This document shows, piece after piece, positions 16,937 to 25,899 of a stretch of DNA of 42,489 bases. Each line of letters begins with the position of its first letter. Within the stretch, counting starts at the first letter, position 1. Under the pieces are notes generated by a model. The model did not search any database. It was not told the origin of the DNA and saw only the letters and a list, made by a program, of their open reading frames with translations. The translations under genes and the position numbers were made by a program. Origin of the DNA: a virus (Duplodnaviria; Caudoviricetes); the IMG/VR virus record IMGVR_UViG_3300037605_000001, positions 1 to 42,489 of that record, one strand, 5' to 3'.

Positions 16937-17133
16937 ACGTCTATCTCGTCTCAAGCCCTGAAGGGAAACTCACCCACCACGAAGCCTTCGAGCCTGACAT
17001 AGCCTTGAGAGAGGCTGTTGGTGATGGGTTGGTTTGCCCCGGTGACGGTTATGGCTACGGCTGGACCGTCTATCAGATTCCTGTGATCACCGTCAAAGAA
17101 CCTGACGAGTGGCGTTACATGGACATCGACTGA
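16933..17133 (+). CDS. hypothetical protein
   Basis: GAGG RBS; last gene of the plus arm. Confidence 0.7.
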   Translation: MNVYLVSSPEGKLTHHEAFEPDIALREAVGDGLVCPGDGYGYGWTVYQIPVITVKEPDEWRYMDID

Positions 17134-17192
17134 AAAAAAAAAAATAGCCCCCAGTGGAATCTCTTAGGAGAAACCATTGGGGGCTTTTTTTT
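17133..17192. terminator. bidirectional terminator between convergent arms
   Basis: A12, then AGCCCCCAGTGG...CCATTGGGGGCT, then a T run. Confidence 0.9.
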
Positions 17193-17321
17193 CGTCTATT
17201 GGACTGATCCAATGCAAAAGGGCATGGTCAGTCTCAGGGAGGCCCAAGTCGGGCTTAGGCTACCCTAGGTCGTCAGATCGGGAGATGGGGCTGTAGACCC
17301 CCTCCCAGTGAGTCCTAGGGG

Positions 17322-17717
17322 CTATTTGGAGGTCAGACTGGGGCCAATGATCTTGGCAATCTTCTCACCAGATCGTCCGACGACATATCCACCCACACCG
17401 ATCTGGACAAGAGTGAACAGGTCCTCGACTACGGTGATGGGCATGTTGGCCGGGACGAACCCGAACCAGTATCCACCGATCAGGATGGAGAACCAGATCA
17501 TCAGGAGTGGACGCCAGTTACGCTGAAGCCAGCTTTCGCCTTGAGCCTCAGCTATGACGATGCTGGATGCAGCCTTGGCAATCTCACCATTGGCCGAGGT
17601 CATCTGAGATGCCAGTTCGTGCTTCAGGTTCAGGGCAAGGTCTTTGTCAGCCACCGACTTGTCGATGGTAGAGAAGATCGCAGGGGCCAGTTGGGACAGG
17701 ATAGCAATGATGTTCAT
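17322..17717 (-). CDS. holin (3TM/GTA-type)
   Basis: AEAQGESWLQRNWRP plus transmembrane segments and GGYVVGRS.EK; next to the endolysin. Confidence 0.8.
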   Translation of the reverse strand: MNIIAILSQLAPAIFSTIDKSVADKDLALNLKHELASQMTSANGEIAKAASSIVIAEAQGESWLQRNWRPLLMIWFSILIGGYWFGFVPANMPITVVEDLFTLVQIGVGGYVVGRSGEKIAKIIGPSLTSK

Positions 17718-17719
17718 GC

Positions 17720-18310
17720 TTACACCCTACGGAAGAGGCCACCGAGGAACGATCCATTGGACTGATCCAAGGGAGCCTCAGAGGCACGGTTGATGAAGTC
17801 CAAGGCTTCAGCCAAGGTTCGAGCCTGACGCCGATACCAACCTCGACCATAGGTCTTCACGGTCCCGATCTGGGAATAGAAGAGGCCACGGATAGCGGCC
17901 ATTTCGATCAAGGCGTCACGAGGGTCGGCCTGAGAGGCTTTGGTGAGGGTCTGAGGCCCTACCCTACCGTCTGCCGAGGCACGGATCGCCTGTTGCAGGA
18001 AGGAGGTCCCGTTGCTGATGCCGTGGTTGACAGCACAGTCGAAGGTCAGGAAGTCGAGGCCAGCCGGGAGGTCATCGGCTTTCACCTTGTCCCAGTAGTC
18101 TCGTTTGTAGATCGCCTTGGCTTGATCCAAGGTAAGGTTGCGGATGTCGAGGTCGGGATAGGCCATAGCCGATACACCATACTTGGTTCCCTTGAGTTCA
18201 CCGACACCGATCTTGCCAGAAGTCCAGTTGCCCCGGTCACGTCGATCATCAGTGAACCCGCCTTCATGCCCCACAACCAGTTCGAAGGAACGGTCGTAGT
18301 TCTCTCTCAT
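17720..18310 (-). CDS. endolysin, glycoside hydrolase family 108
   Basis: HEGG...DRG...TKYGV, YKRDYW, FDCAVNHG, YGRGW.RR. Confidence 0.92.
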   Translation of the reverse strand: MRENYDRSFELVVGHEGGFTDDRRDRGNWTSGKIGVGELKGTKYGVSAMAYPDLDIRNLTLDQAKAIYKRDYWDKVKADDLPAGLDFLTFDCAVNHGISNGTSFLQQAIRASADGRVGPQTLTKASQADPRDALIEMAAIRGLFYSQIGTVKTYGRGWYRRQARTLAEALDFINRASEAPLDQSNGSFLGGLFRRV

Positions 18311-18480
18311 TTTGATAGTCCATCAGGGGGATACCCAAAGATGCGGACCCTCGCCCATTCGTAGATGCGGATGATACCCCATACGATAGTCAGGATCGCG
18401 GCAATCTCTGGTAGCCATTTCAAGTAAACAGCCAGCCCCGTAGAGCCAGCCGCAATGTCAACAACGTCCTGCTTGGTCAC
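18307..18480 (-). CDS. 57-aa membrane protein, second holin-like gene
   Basis: MTKQDVVDIAAGSTGLAVYLKWLPEIAAILTIVWGIIRIYEWARVRIFGYPPDGLSK; overlaps both neighbours by 4 nt. Not in the ORF track. Confidence 0.7.
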   Translation of the reverse strand: MTKQDVVDIAAGSTGLAVYLKWLPEIAAILTIVWGIIRIYEWARVRIFGYPPDGLSK

Positions 18481-18719
18481 AGATCACCCCCAGTGGCGGC
18501 GTCAACGACCTTCATGGATCGTTCGACCTCATGCTCCCACCAGTTCTGACAGTGGCCGAGTTCCCCAGTGAGGACCTCGAACAGCTTGTCGATGTAGGGT
18601 TCGATCCAAAGTGCATCTCTGTGGGCACGAGCCGACAGTGTGATGTCAGCCGTGTCTCCACTCAGGACGTTCAGGAAGCGGGAAAAGACGGAGAAGACCT
18701 CTCCGAAGAAGCGTTTCAC
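18477..18719 (-). CDS. hypothetical protein
   Basis: Coupled ORF; N...G..D.TLSAR pattern seen in phage tail/lysis regions. Confidence 0.7.
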   Translation of the reverse strand: MKRFFGEVFSVFSRFLNVLSGDTADITLSARAHRDALWIEPYIDKLFEVLTGELGHCQNWWEHEVERSMKVVDAATGGDL

Positions 18720-19270
18720 GGCCAGTATCTATCCTCTTGGTAGTCTTCAGGGATACCTTCGGGACCATCTTTCAGGTCCCAAGCGGCTTGGAAACAGGCC
18801 GATATGAAGGCGGCACCCTTGGACCAAAGTTCGATCACTTGCATTGGTGTAAGCATGTGAACCACATTGTCCTCATCACGGAATGGGGTGAGGGAACTTA
18901 GGTCCCCTTGAGCCATTCTGAGTTGAGCACCAAAGGCTAGACCCTGAAGGTTTCGTGTTGTTGTCTCATCACCGCGTATGCGGACTGTGCCGTATCCGGT
19001 GATCTGGAAGGTGGAGCCTTCGAGGACCCTTCGGTCCCTTTCGACATTCACCAGTTGATTAAGTGGCAGGGTTATGGGTTGAGGCTCCGGGATTGTTTCG
19101 AGGACCCAACGACCCCCTTCCCAGCGGGGCCTCTCATTACCTGAGAAGGTCGGAGGCTCTTCTTCAACACAACCAGCGGGGATCAAAAACACCCCGGCCT
19201 CAAGTGGGCTTTCGTCAGCTTGGACAGGTCCGAGGTAGAACCCTTGATTGTCTGTTTGATATACGATCAT
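18716..19270 (-). CDS. tail fibre assembly/chaperone-like protein
   Basis: VYQTD..G.YLG...ADESPLE.GVFLIPA; directly follows the fibre gene. Confidence 0.7.
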   Translation of the reverse strand: MIVYQTDNQGFYLGPVQADESPLEAGVFLIPAGCVEEEPPTFSGNERPRWEGGRWVLETIPEPQPITLPLNQLVNVERDRRVLEGSTFQITGYGTVRIRGDETTTRNLQGLAFGAQLRMAQGDLSSLTPFRDEDNVVHMLTPMQVIELWSKGAAFISACFQAAWDLKDGPEGIPEDYQEDRYWP

Positions 19271-19278
19271 GCGTTACC

Positions 19279-20616
19279 TCAGTATTTGATACAGGCCAGA
19301 AGGGCATAGTTCCGTGAGCGGACATACTTACCCATCCGGTTCCACCCAGCAGTCCCGGCAGCGCCTCTGTTGTTGTAGCCATTGGTCCCGGTCACATCAG
19401 GTGCAGCCCCGTCATCGTCGTAGGCTGGAATGAGGTCAGCATCGTAGAACGAGTTGCCCCAACCAGCCCCCGGTTGCTGTGCAGCGCCATAAACCCGCGT
19501 TGCAGGTTGCCAAGAACCAAAGCTACGGCCTGAGTCCACACCACGACCATCGTCCCATGCTCGGATGAACTCGCCCCGAAGATCGGGCAGGTTGAAGGTA
19601 GTTGATCCATCACCAGCGCCAAATGAGGTTCCGATGGCTGAGAATAGGTCGGCATAGGTTGTCCGAGAAACGGCAGCGCCATTTGCCTTTAGCCAACCTG
19701 AGGGGGCCGCTGAAGTAGCGAAGAAGGCGATCTGACCAGCAGGTGAAGCATCAGTAATCTCAGACTCAAGGTCTGTGACATCAGAGATGGAGTGGGTGTG
19801 ACTCGACGGAGCCTTTCCATTTAAGGCTGTCTGAAGGCCAGTTACGTCAGCGATGGCGTGATCGTGGTCGGCCTGAGCGAATTGAGAGGGGTTGATTGTA
19901 GCCACATATCCAGCAGCTTCAGCAGCCGAGTTGGCGGCATCCGAAGCATGACCAGCAGCAGCCGTTTCAGAGGCAGCAGAGGCCGAAGCTGCATTGGACG
20001 AATCCAAAGCAAACCCAGAGGCGGCACTGGCTGACCCAGCAGCGGCAGAGGCGTGTCCAGCAGCGGCCAACTCAGAGGTGGCAGCATTGGCTTCCGAGTC
20101 AGCGGATGCAGATGCACTGGTGGCACTCGCAGAGGCGCTGGAAGCGGCATTGGAGGCCGAAGTCGATGCAGCCGAGGCATGACCAGCAGCAGCGGCCTCA
20201 GCGGCCTGAGCGTCATCACGAGCGGCTTCAGATGCGGTCTGAGCAGCCAAGGAACCATCCCTTGCAGCTTCGGAGGCTACACGGGAGTCTTGAGAAGCTG
20301 TTGCAGAACTGGCCGAGGCTAGTGCGGAAGTCTCAGACTGAGCGGCGAAGTTGGATGCAGTCAGAGCGGACTGAGCACCGTTGTTCTCGGAAACCAATCC
20401 CGCTGCGGCAGATGCGGCGGCAGCAGATGCAGAGGCAGCAGCTTCGGCAGCAGACTCAGCACCACTGACCTCGAACTCACGAGCAGCCTCAAGGGCAGCT
20501 TCAGCAGCGTCCTTGGTCTGGTTCGAGAGGATGAACAGGTCCCGAACAATCGTCTCAATATCCCGCGTGGGGACATCGACGTTGACACCGGACAGGGAGT
20601 AGAAGGAAGTAGCCAT
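19279..20616 (-). CDS. tail fibre with collar domain
   Basis: Ala/Ser-rich coiled coil, H.H.I.DVT.L repeats, collar motif GWLKANG...FNLPDLRGEFIR, terminal RNYALLACIKY. Confidence 0.9.
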   Translation of the reverse strand: MATSFYSLSGVNVDVPTRDIETIVRDLFILSNQTKDAAEAALEAAREFEVSGAESAAEAAASASAAAASAAAGLVSENNGAQSALTASNFAAQSETSALASASSATASQDSRVASEAARDGSLAAQTASEAARDDAQAAEAAAAGHASAASTSASNAASSASASATSASASADSEANAATSELAAAGHASAAAGSASAASGFALDSSNAASASAASETAAAGHASDAANSAAEAAGYVATINPSQFAQADHDHAIADVTGLQTALNGKAPSSHTHSISDVTDLESEITDASPAGQIAFFATSAAPSGWLKANGAAVSRTTYADLFSAIGTSFGAGDGSTTFNLPDLRGEFIRAWDDGRGVDSGRSFGSWQPATRVYGAAQQPGAGWGNSFYDADLIPAYDDDGAAPDVTGTNGYNNRGAAGTAGWNRMGKYVRSRNYALLACIKY

Positions 20617-21200
20617 TAGATGATACCTCCACCGTAGGGTGTGATGGCCCCTCCCCCAGACATTTCCTCTTGGTCGGACATCGTTTGGACCTCTTGGACC
20701 AGAGCGGTCAGAGTTCCTTCGAAGGTCGCCTTGCGTTCATCCACGAAGGTATCACAGGCAAACACCAGAGCGGCGTAGGTGATCAGGTCGGGGAGGACCA
20801 AGGAGTAGTCCACGATGGAGTCATCAGGTGGGGCTTGGGTGAACTCGTTGTAGTAGATCAGCTTCAACTCATCCCCCGGCTTCAGGTCCGGTTGGAAGGT
20901 GAAGCGGGCGTGTTCAACGATGAAGCCGTTCATCATGCCAAGCTGGCTGGGGACGATCCGAGGGACCGGAACCCCGTTGACGGAGATGGAGTAGAACCCG
21001 ATGTAATCCGAGGGGATCATCAGGAACCCGTTCCAAGTGTCGTCTACAGTGAGTTCCAGAACCGTCTTCTGGATCGGGGTCCTCAAGAGGCGTTCAGTGC
21101 GCCGAAGACCCATACTGATGAAGGTGTTGGCCTGAGCCAGTGTGCAGTCTGTCCGGTTCAGAACGTCAAGGAAGTGAGCGCGAAGTTCGCCGTAGTTCAT
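20616..21200 (-). CDS. head-tail adaptor-like virion protein
   Basis: MNYGEL...LNR.D...R.LR...PDL..YAAL pattern; ATG 21200 follows AAAGGAGG. Confidence 0.7.
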   Translation of the reverse strand: MNYGELRAHFLDVLNRTDCTLAQANTFISMGLRRTERLLRTPIQKTVLELTVDDTWNGFLMIPSDYIGFYSISVNGVPVPRIVPSQLGMMNGFIVEHARFTFQPDLKPGDELKLIYYNEFTQAPPDDSIVDYSLVLPDLITYAALVFACDTFVDERKATFEGTLTALVQEVQTMSDQEEMSGGGAITPYGGGII

Positions 21201-21230
21201 GAGTCCTCCTTTGGACCAGTTCAATGCAGC

Positions 21231-21539
21231 TTAATGATCGAACTTCTTGTCACCGGAGATGATGAACTTGTCGTAGTGTTCGATGCGCAGCTTGCGGATG
21301 ATTTCGTTTGCGGGGGCGTTCCAGAGGTCGAAGCCTTCACGGAGCCATTTGTTCGCCAGAGCCTCAGGGATGGAGGCCACTTGGGTCAGACCATTCAGAC
21401 GGAACTGGAAGTTCTCTTTGGCGTCTTCGAGTTCGTCCCAGAAGTCCTGACCGAGGTATTGTTCGGTGGTGATGATGTCCTGATCTTCACCAAGGATGAG
21501 GTTCTCGTTGACCTCATGGAATTGAAGTTCTCGTGTCAT
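21231..21539 (-). CDS. conserved hypothetical protein after the capsid gene
   Basis: VASIP...W.REG pattern; position. Confidence 0.7.
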   Translation of the reverse strand: MTRELQFHEVNENLILGEDQDIITTEQYLGQDFWDELEDAKENFQFRLNGLTQVASIPEALANKWLREGFDLWNAPANEIIRKLRIEHYDKFIISGDKKFDH

Positions 21540-21556
21540 CTCTTTCCTGTCTCTCC

Positions 21557-21606
21557 AAAAGAAAGAGGCCCCAAGCGCCGGGAGAGAGAGCAGCGCAAGG
21601 GACCTC
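21557..21606 (-). terminator. terminator after the capsid gene
   Basis: GAGGTCCC..GCGCTG / CGGCGC..GGGGCCTC followed by TTTCTTTT. Confidence 0.7.
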
Positions 21607-21646
21607 AGGTTGTCCTCCCTTAGATCAGTCCAAGGGGGGTATCAGA

Positions 21647-22540
21647 TTACGACAGGTCGGTGATCAGACCAGTCGCCAGTTGGTTGGTGTGCTTCAGACC
21701 GAACTCACCGACCATCATCCAACGGTCAGCGTCACCAGTCTTCGCCAGCTTCTCGCGGAACCAGTTGCGGAGCACGGCCAGCTTCCAGTGCTTCGGATCA
21801 TACATCAGGGCGTCCCCTGCACGGATGCGGCGGTTCTTGACCACTCGCACGGTGCCGAAGGGCGACTCATAGATGTTGATCACCTTGGTCAGCTTCTTCT
21901 CGCCGTTGTCCACTTGGACAGTGCGGCCCGAAGACTCTTGGAAGGCCGAGATGATCTTCGTGTCCGAAGGTTTCACCATCAGAACCGTGGCGTCCGAACC
22001 CTCGTTGTAGAGCAGTTCGTGGGTTTCCACGATCAGGGTTTCCGTCAGGGCGCGGGGAGTCCCACCGTTGTCCGAGGTCACGGCAGCGCCGATCTGGGCC
22101 TGAACGCCAGCGAACTCGCCAGCCGTGCCAGCAGCGCCGGGAACGTAGGTCTGACCAGTCCCGATCAGGGAGTGCTCAAGGTCCATCTTCAGCAGCTTGC
22201 CCGTCTTCATGGTTTCACGAGCCGTGATCTTGTCACGACCGTAGGTCTTCACGGCGTCCGAGGTCCCCGACACCTTGAAGGTTTCTTCGAGAATCTGGGT
22301 GCCGTTCTGGCGCATGGTCGGCTGGTCACGGTTGCTGTCAACAGCGTCCGCACCTTCCAGCTTGGCGTTCTTCGCCACAGCGCGCAGTTGGTCTTCCTGC
22401 CACTGGTAGAGCGTGTTGTGAACTTTCTCCGTCTTGATGGACGACAGGAACGGAGTGTCCGAGGGAGTGATCATCGAAATGTAGTCGGCAACGTCTTCTT
22501 TCTTACCGACCAGATCGAAAGACTTCAGGTGATCAGGCAT
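21647..22540 (-). CDS. major capsid protein
   Basis: EDV.D.I..I.P.DTPF.S, W..D.L, N.TQI, LAKTGD; strong codon bias; follows the scaffold gene. Confidence 0.92.
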   Translation of the reverse strand: MPDHLKSFDLVGKKEDVADYISMITPSDTPFLSSIKTEKVHNTLYQWQEDQLRAVAKNAKLEGADAVDSNRDQPTMRQNGTQILEETFKVSGTSDAVKTYGRDKITARETMKTGKLLKMDLEHSLIGTGQTYVPGAAGTAGEFAGVQAQIGAAVTSDNGGTPRALTETLIVETHELLYNEGSDATVLMVKPSDTKIISAFQESSGRTVQVDNGEKKLTKVINIYESPFGTVRVVKNRRIRAGDALMYDPKHWKLAVLRNWFREKLAKTGDADRWMMVGEFGLKHTNQLATGLITDLS

Positions 22541-22555
22541 ATTTGTATCCTTCTA

Positions 22556-23545
22556 TTATTGATCACGCATTGCAGCGAGGAAGGCTTCTGCGACATCATC
22601 AATGTCGCCAGATTCAGCAGCAGTCCTGTGCTTTGCTTTCAGCTTTGAGGTTGTGTTGTCTGTGGCTTTGTCGCCCTTCGAGACAGCCTTCTTGGGTGCC
22701 TTCGAAACTTTCTTGGTGACTTTGCCTTTAGCGGACTGGACTTCATCGAACTTCATGGCCTTGTGCATCATCAAGATTGCAGCAGGGTCCACGATTTCGT
22801 TGACCAGTTCGGCCTCCATGCCCTGAGACACGGCGTAGGTCCGAATCTTGGTGTAGAGGTCATCGTTCCAATCAGGGATCGCCTTGGTGATTTCCTTGAT
22901 TGCTTGCTGGGCTTGCTCACGGAGCATCTGAGAGCGAACCTGTTGGGTCTTGGTCAGGAACTCACGTCCCTCACGTTCAAGAGCGGCCAGTTCGCTTTCG
23001 GCGTTCTCCTTGGCAGACCTGAGAGCATCGAACTCGTCAGGGTCCAGTTCTCGTGAAGCGCGGAACAGGTCCACGTCCTTGTATTTCTCAGCTTCAGCCT
23101 TCGCCTTGGTGTAGCGGTCCTGAAGAACCTGAGCGGCAAACATGCCCTGTGCTTCCACGATCCGTCTCTGGGCAGCGAGTGCCTGAGACTTCTGAGTGAG
23201 GGATGCTTCCTGACCGTAGAGTCGCTTCAGGTCCTTGACCGATACCCGATGCTCTTTTCCGTCAACGGTGATTGCGACTTCAGCATCATCTTCGGCGGTT
23301 TTCGCCGCAGGTTTGCCTTCGTCTTCATCATCATCTTCAGAATCGTCGGGGTCGTCCTCAGACTCTTCTTCGCCCTCTTCGGCGTCTTCATCTTCCTCTT
23401 CCGCCTCTGCTTCCTCTTCGTCAGCTTCGGTGGTCGGTTCATCTTCATCGTCATCCGATAGATCGTCGTCGTCGGGTTCAGACTTCATGAACGCATTGAT
23501 TGCATCTTCAAGATCAGTCTCCTGATCAAACAGTTCCTCGTCCAT
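22556..23545 (-). CDS. capsid scaffolding protein
   Basis: Very acidic N-terminus, VDGKE..V...L...Y....TQKSQ.LA, IPDW; between portal and capsid genes. Confidence 0.85.
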   Translation of the reverse strand: MDEELFDQETDLEDAINAFMKSEPDDDDLSDDDEDEPTTEADEEEAEAEEEDEDAEEGEEESEDDPDDSEDDDEDEGKPAAKTAEDDAEVAITVDGKEHRVSVKDLKRLYGQEASLTQKSQALAAQRRIVEAQGMFAAQVLQDRYTKAKAEAEKYKDVDLFRASRELDPDEFDALRSAKENAESELAALEREGREFLTKTQQVRSQMLREQAQQAIKEITKAIPDWNDDLYTKIRTYAVSQGMEAELVNEIVDPAAILMMHKAMKFDEVQSAKGKVTKKVSKAPKKAVSKGDKATDNTTSKLKAKHRTAAESGDIDDVAEAFLAAMRDQ

Positions 23546-23559
23546 TGGATAGAGGCTCC

Positions 23560-23826
23560 TTATTCAAAAATTTCGAGTTGGTCTTCATCGACATCCAAGA
23601 CATCGGCTTCCGCTATGGCGATGAAGGTGTTGAAGGTGATGAGCAGTTCATCCAGAGCATGAGCCTCCATGTAGGCCCGCTCACGGGTCGCGTGATCACC
23701 GGGTTTCGAGTTGAACACCTGAGAGCGATATTGCTCCTTCAGGGCTTCCACGGCCTTGTCGAAGGATTCTGTTGAGACGATCCTTCGCAATTCCATGCCA
23801 ATTCTGACAGCTTCTTCTAACTGCAT
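23560..23826 (-). CDS. hypothetical protein
   Basis: ATG 23826 after AGGAG. Confidence 0.7.
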   Translation of the reverse strand: MQLEEAVRIGMELRRIVSTESFDKAVEALKEQYRSQVFNSKPGDHATRERAYMEAHALDELLITFNTFIAIAEADVLDVDEDQLEIFE

Positions 23827-23884
23827 TTCTCTCTCCTGAAATGGGGGGGGTGCCTCCCTTAGACTGATCCAAGGGAGGGCTTGT

Positions 23885-25891
23885 TTAGTTCGGGTTGAGG
23901 ACAGCCCTCTGACCGGACTCGGGGACGCGCTTGGCGAGTTCCATCTCTGTCCGATCCACCCATTGCTCATGCTCGAACTCCAACGGAGCCAGTTGAGCCT
24001 GAGTGGTCTTGAGGCCAGCATCAGCCCGTGCCTTGATCAGATCGGCCTGAGCCTTCATCTGGTCTGTCTCAGCTTTCATGAGCATCGCCTTGGCCTGAGC
24101 CTTCTGATACTCAATCTGAGAGCGCATCTGTTCCATCTGAAGCTGTTCGGCTTCACTGGGTTCAGGCGGCTTCATCTGGTCTGGCGGGGTCAGCAGACTT
24201 TGGATGTCTTCGATGCCCCTCTTCTCAAGCGCACGGGTCACAACTTCGTATCGACGGGCGTAGTCGTATCCAGCGGACAGGGTTGGGTCCTGACTGAAAT
24301 ACATGTCGATTTCGGTCCACTTCTGGGCCTCCATCTCCTGTTCACCATAGCCCAACGTCAGTTCGATACTGGCGGCTTTCCGCTCCTTCCACATCTTCGG
24401 TTGGACCTCGACGTAGGACCCAGTGACCTCGACATACTCAGCCTCTTCGATGTAATCGACAGCGGTGTGGTAGATCAGGTGCCAGAGGTCCTTCAGGAAC
24501 TTACCGAAGAGACGGGAGATGATCTTGGTCCGCTGTTGCGAAGCACTGATCAACTGTTCGACCATCCCCTGTGCGTTCTGCGTGGAGATAGCGTCCTTGT
24601 TCATCCCTTGGGACAGCTTGGAGATACCTGTGACTTCCTCTTTGTCCTCGTCAATCATCTGGATCAGATTGAAGACGAAGGGGTTCAGGGGGGCCTGAGG
24701 GATCGGTGCCAGACCGTCCATTCGACGGACGTTGACGATACCACCGAGGCGGTTCTCAAGGAGTTCGTTGGGGTTCTGGACCGTGCCAGTGAGCACTTGG
24801 AGCCGTGGGTTGTTTGTGATCATCGTGTGGTTGATGATCTGACGGATCAGGACGGTTCGTGCGTTCTGGACAGGGATCACAGACTTGGCGAAGTTCTCAC
24901 CAAAGAACGTGTGTGGGATCGGGAGTGGCACAAAGGCCACGAAGGGGATGCGGCTGATCTGCTCCTTCTCAAGGATCACACCGTTGCAGTAGATGATGCG
25001 CCAGAGGCGGTTCTTACCACGGCCTTCCATGTCGAGGCGGATGTAGCACTCGTGGACCACAGCTTCCTCGACGGACTCATCATAGCCATCATCGGTCGAG
25101 ATGATGTCGTCAATGGGTTCGAAGCGGAGTTGCTTCTCGTAGTCCATGTCCACGTCTTTGTGGCCGGAGAAGGTAATCTCATCGACCTTCTTGGGGTCGT
25201 AGCCTTCCTTCAACAGGTCCGACTTGGACTTGCTGACGCGGTGTATCACATACTTTGCCTTGGACAGGTCCGAGGTCCGAGAGGACACCAGAAGGTCTTC
25301 CGGCTGGACAGACTCGACACAGACGATACCCTTTTCGGTCTTGACTTCGAAGGTGCCGTTGTAAAGTCCGTTCTCCGAGATGTTCGCTTCGGTGAACTCG
25401 TAGTTCTCATACTCGCTGACCAGTGCAGTCAGTTCCTCATCGGTCAGCCCTTCGAAGTCGTATTCGTCCTCTTCGGACATCGACTTGTAGTAGACCTTGA
25501 CGCACGAAAACCGCTTGGTCAGGCCATCGGTCAGTGTGTCGTAGAGGATGTTTTCGCCATCGTTCTCCTTGAAGAAAACGTGTCGGCAGTATTCGGTCGC
25601 TTGCTTGGCGTCATCAACTGTTTCGCCGTGTTCAGGACGAAAGAACACAATCCTGTGGTGGGCCATGAAGGCTTCGAGGACGGTAGACCGCATGGAGTCA
25701 ACAGCATCGAACACGTCTCGACTGACGTATTTCGAGTCGCCCTTGTGCAGCGGCTTGGGGAGTTCCCCACGGAGGTATTGGTCAACCTCCATCCGCTCTT
25801 TGGCGAGTTTTCCATCGGCTAGGTGTTCAGAGTTGGAAATGGCCCTTGCAAGGATCGTGGCGATTTTGTCGTCGCTCAATGCCTTTGCCAT
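23885..25891 (-). CDS. portal protein
   Basis: 668 aa after TerL; S..VSRDV.D.V, A.QATEY..HVF and TGIS.LSQG motifs. Confidence 0.9.
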   Translation of the reverse strand: MAKALSDDKIATILARAISNSEHLADGKLAKERMEVDQYLRGELPKPLHKGDSKYVSRDVFDAVDSMRSTVLEAFMAHHRIVFFRPEHGETVDDAKQATEYCRHVFFKENDGENILYDTLTDGLTKRFSCVKVYYKSMSEEDEYDFEGLTDEELTALVSEYENYEFTEANISENGLYNGTFEVKTEKGIVCVESVQPEDLLVSSRTSDLSKAKYVIHRVSKSKSDLLKEGYDPKKVDEITFSGHKDVDMDYEKQLRFEPIDDIISTDDGYDESVEEAVVHECYIRLDMEGRGKNRLWRIIYCNGVILEKEQISRIPFVAFVPLPIPHTFFGENFAKSVIPVQNARTVLIRQIINHTMITNNPRLQVLTGTVQNPNELLENRLGGIVNVRRMDGLAPIPQAPLNPFVFNLIQMIDEDKEEVTGISKLSQGMNKDAISTQNAQGMVEQLISASQQRTKIISRLFGKFLKDLWHLIYHTAVDYIEEAEYVEVTGSYVEVQPKMWKERKAASIELTLGYGEQEMEAQKWTEIDMYFSQDPTLSAGYDYARRYEVVTRALEKRGIEDIQSLLTPPDQMKPPEPSEAEQLQMEQMRSQIEYQKAQAKAMLMKAETDQMKAQADLIKARADAGLKTTQAQLAPLEFEHEQWVDRTEMELAKRVPESGQRAVLNPN

Positions 25892-25899
25892 AGTAGTTC

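Noticed and set aside
19880-20510. Ala/Ser repeats as a novel repeat element
   Set aside because: Ordinary low-complexity coiled coil of tail fibres.
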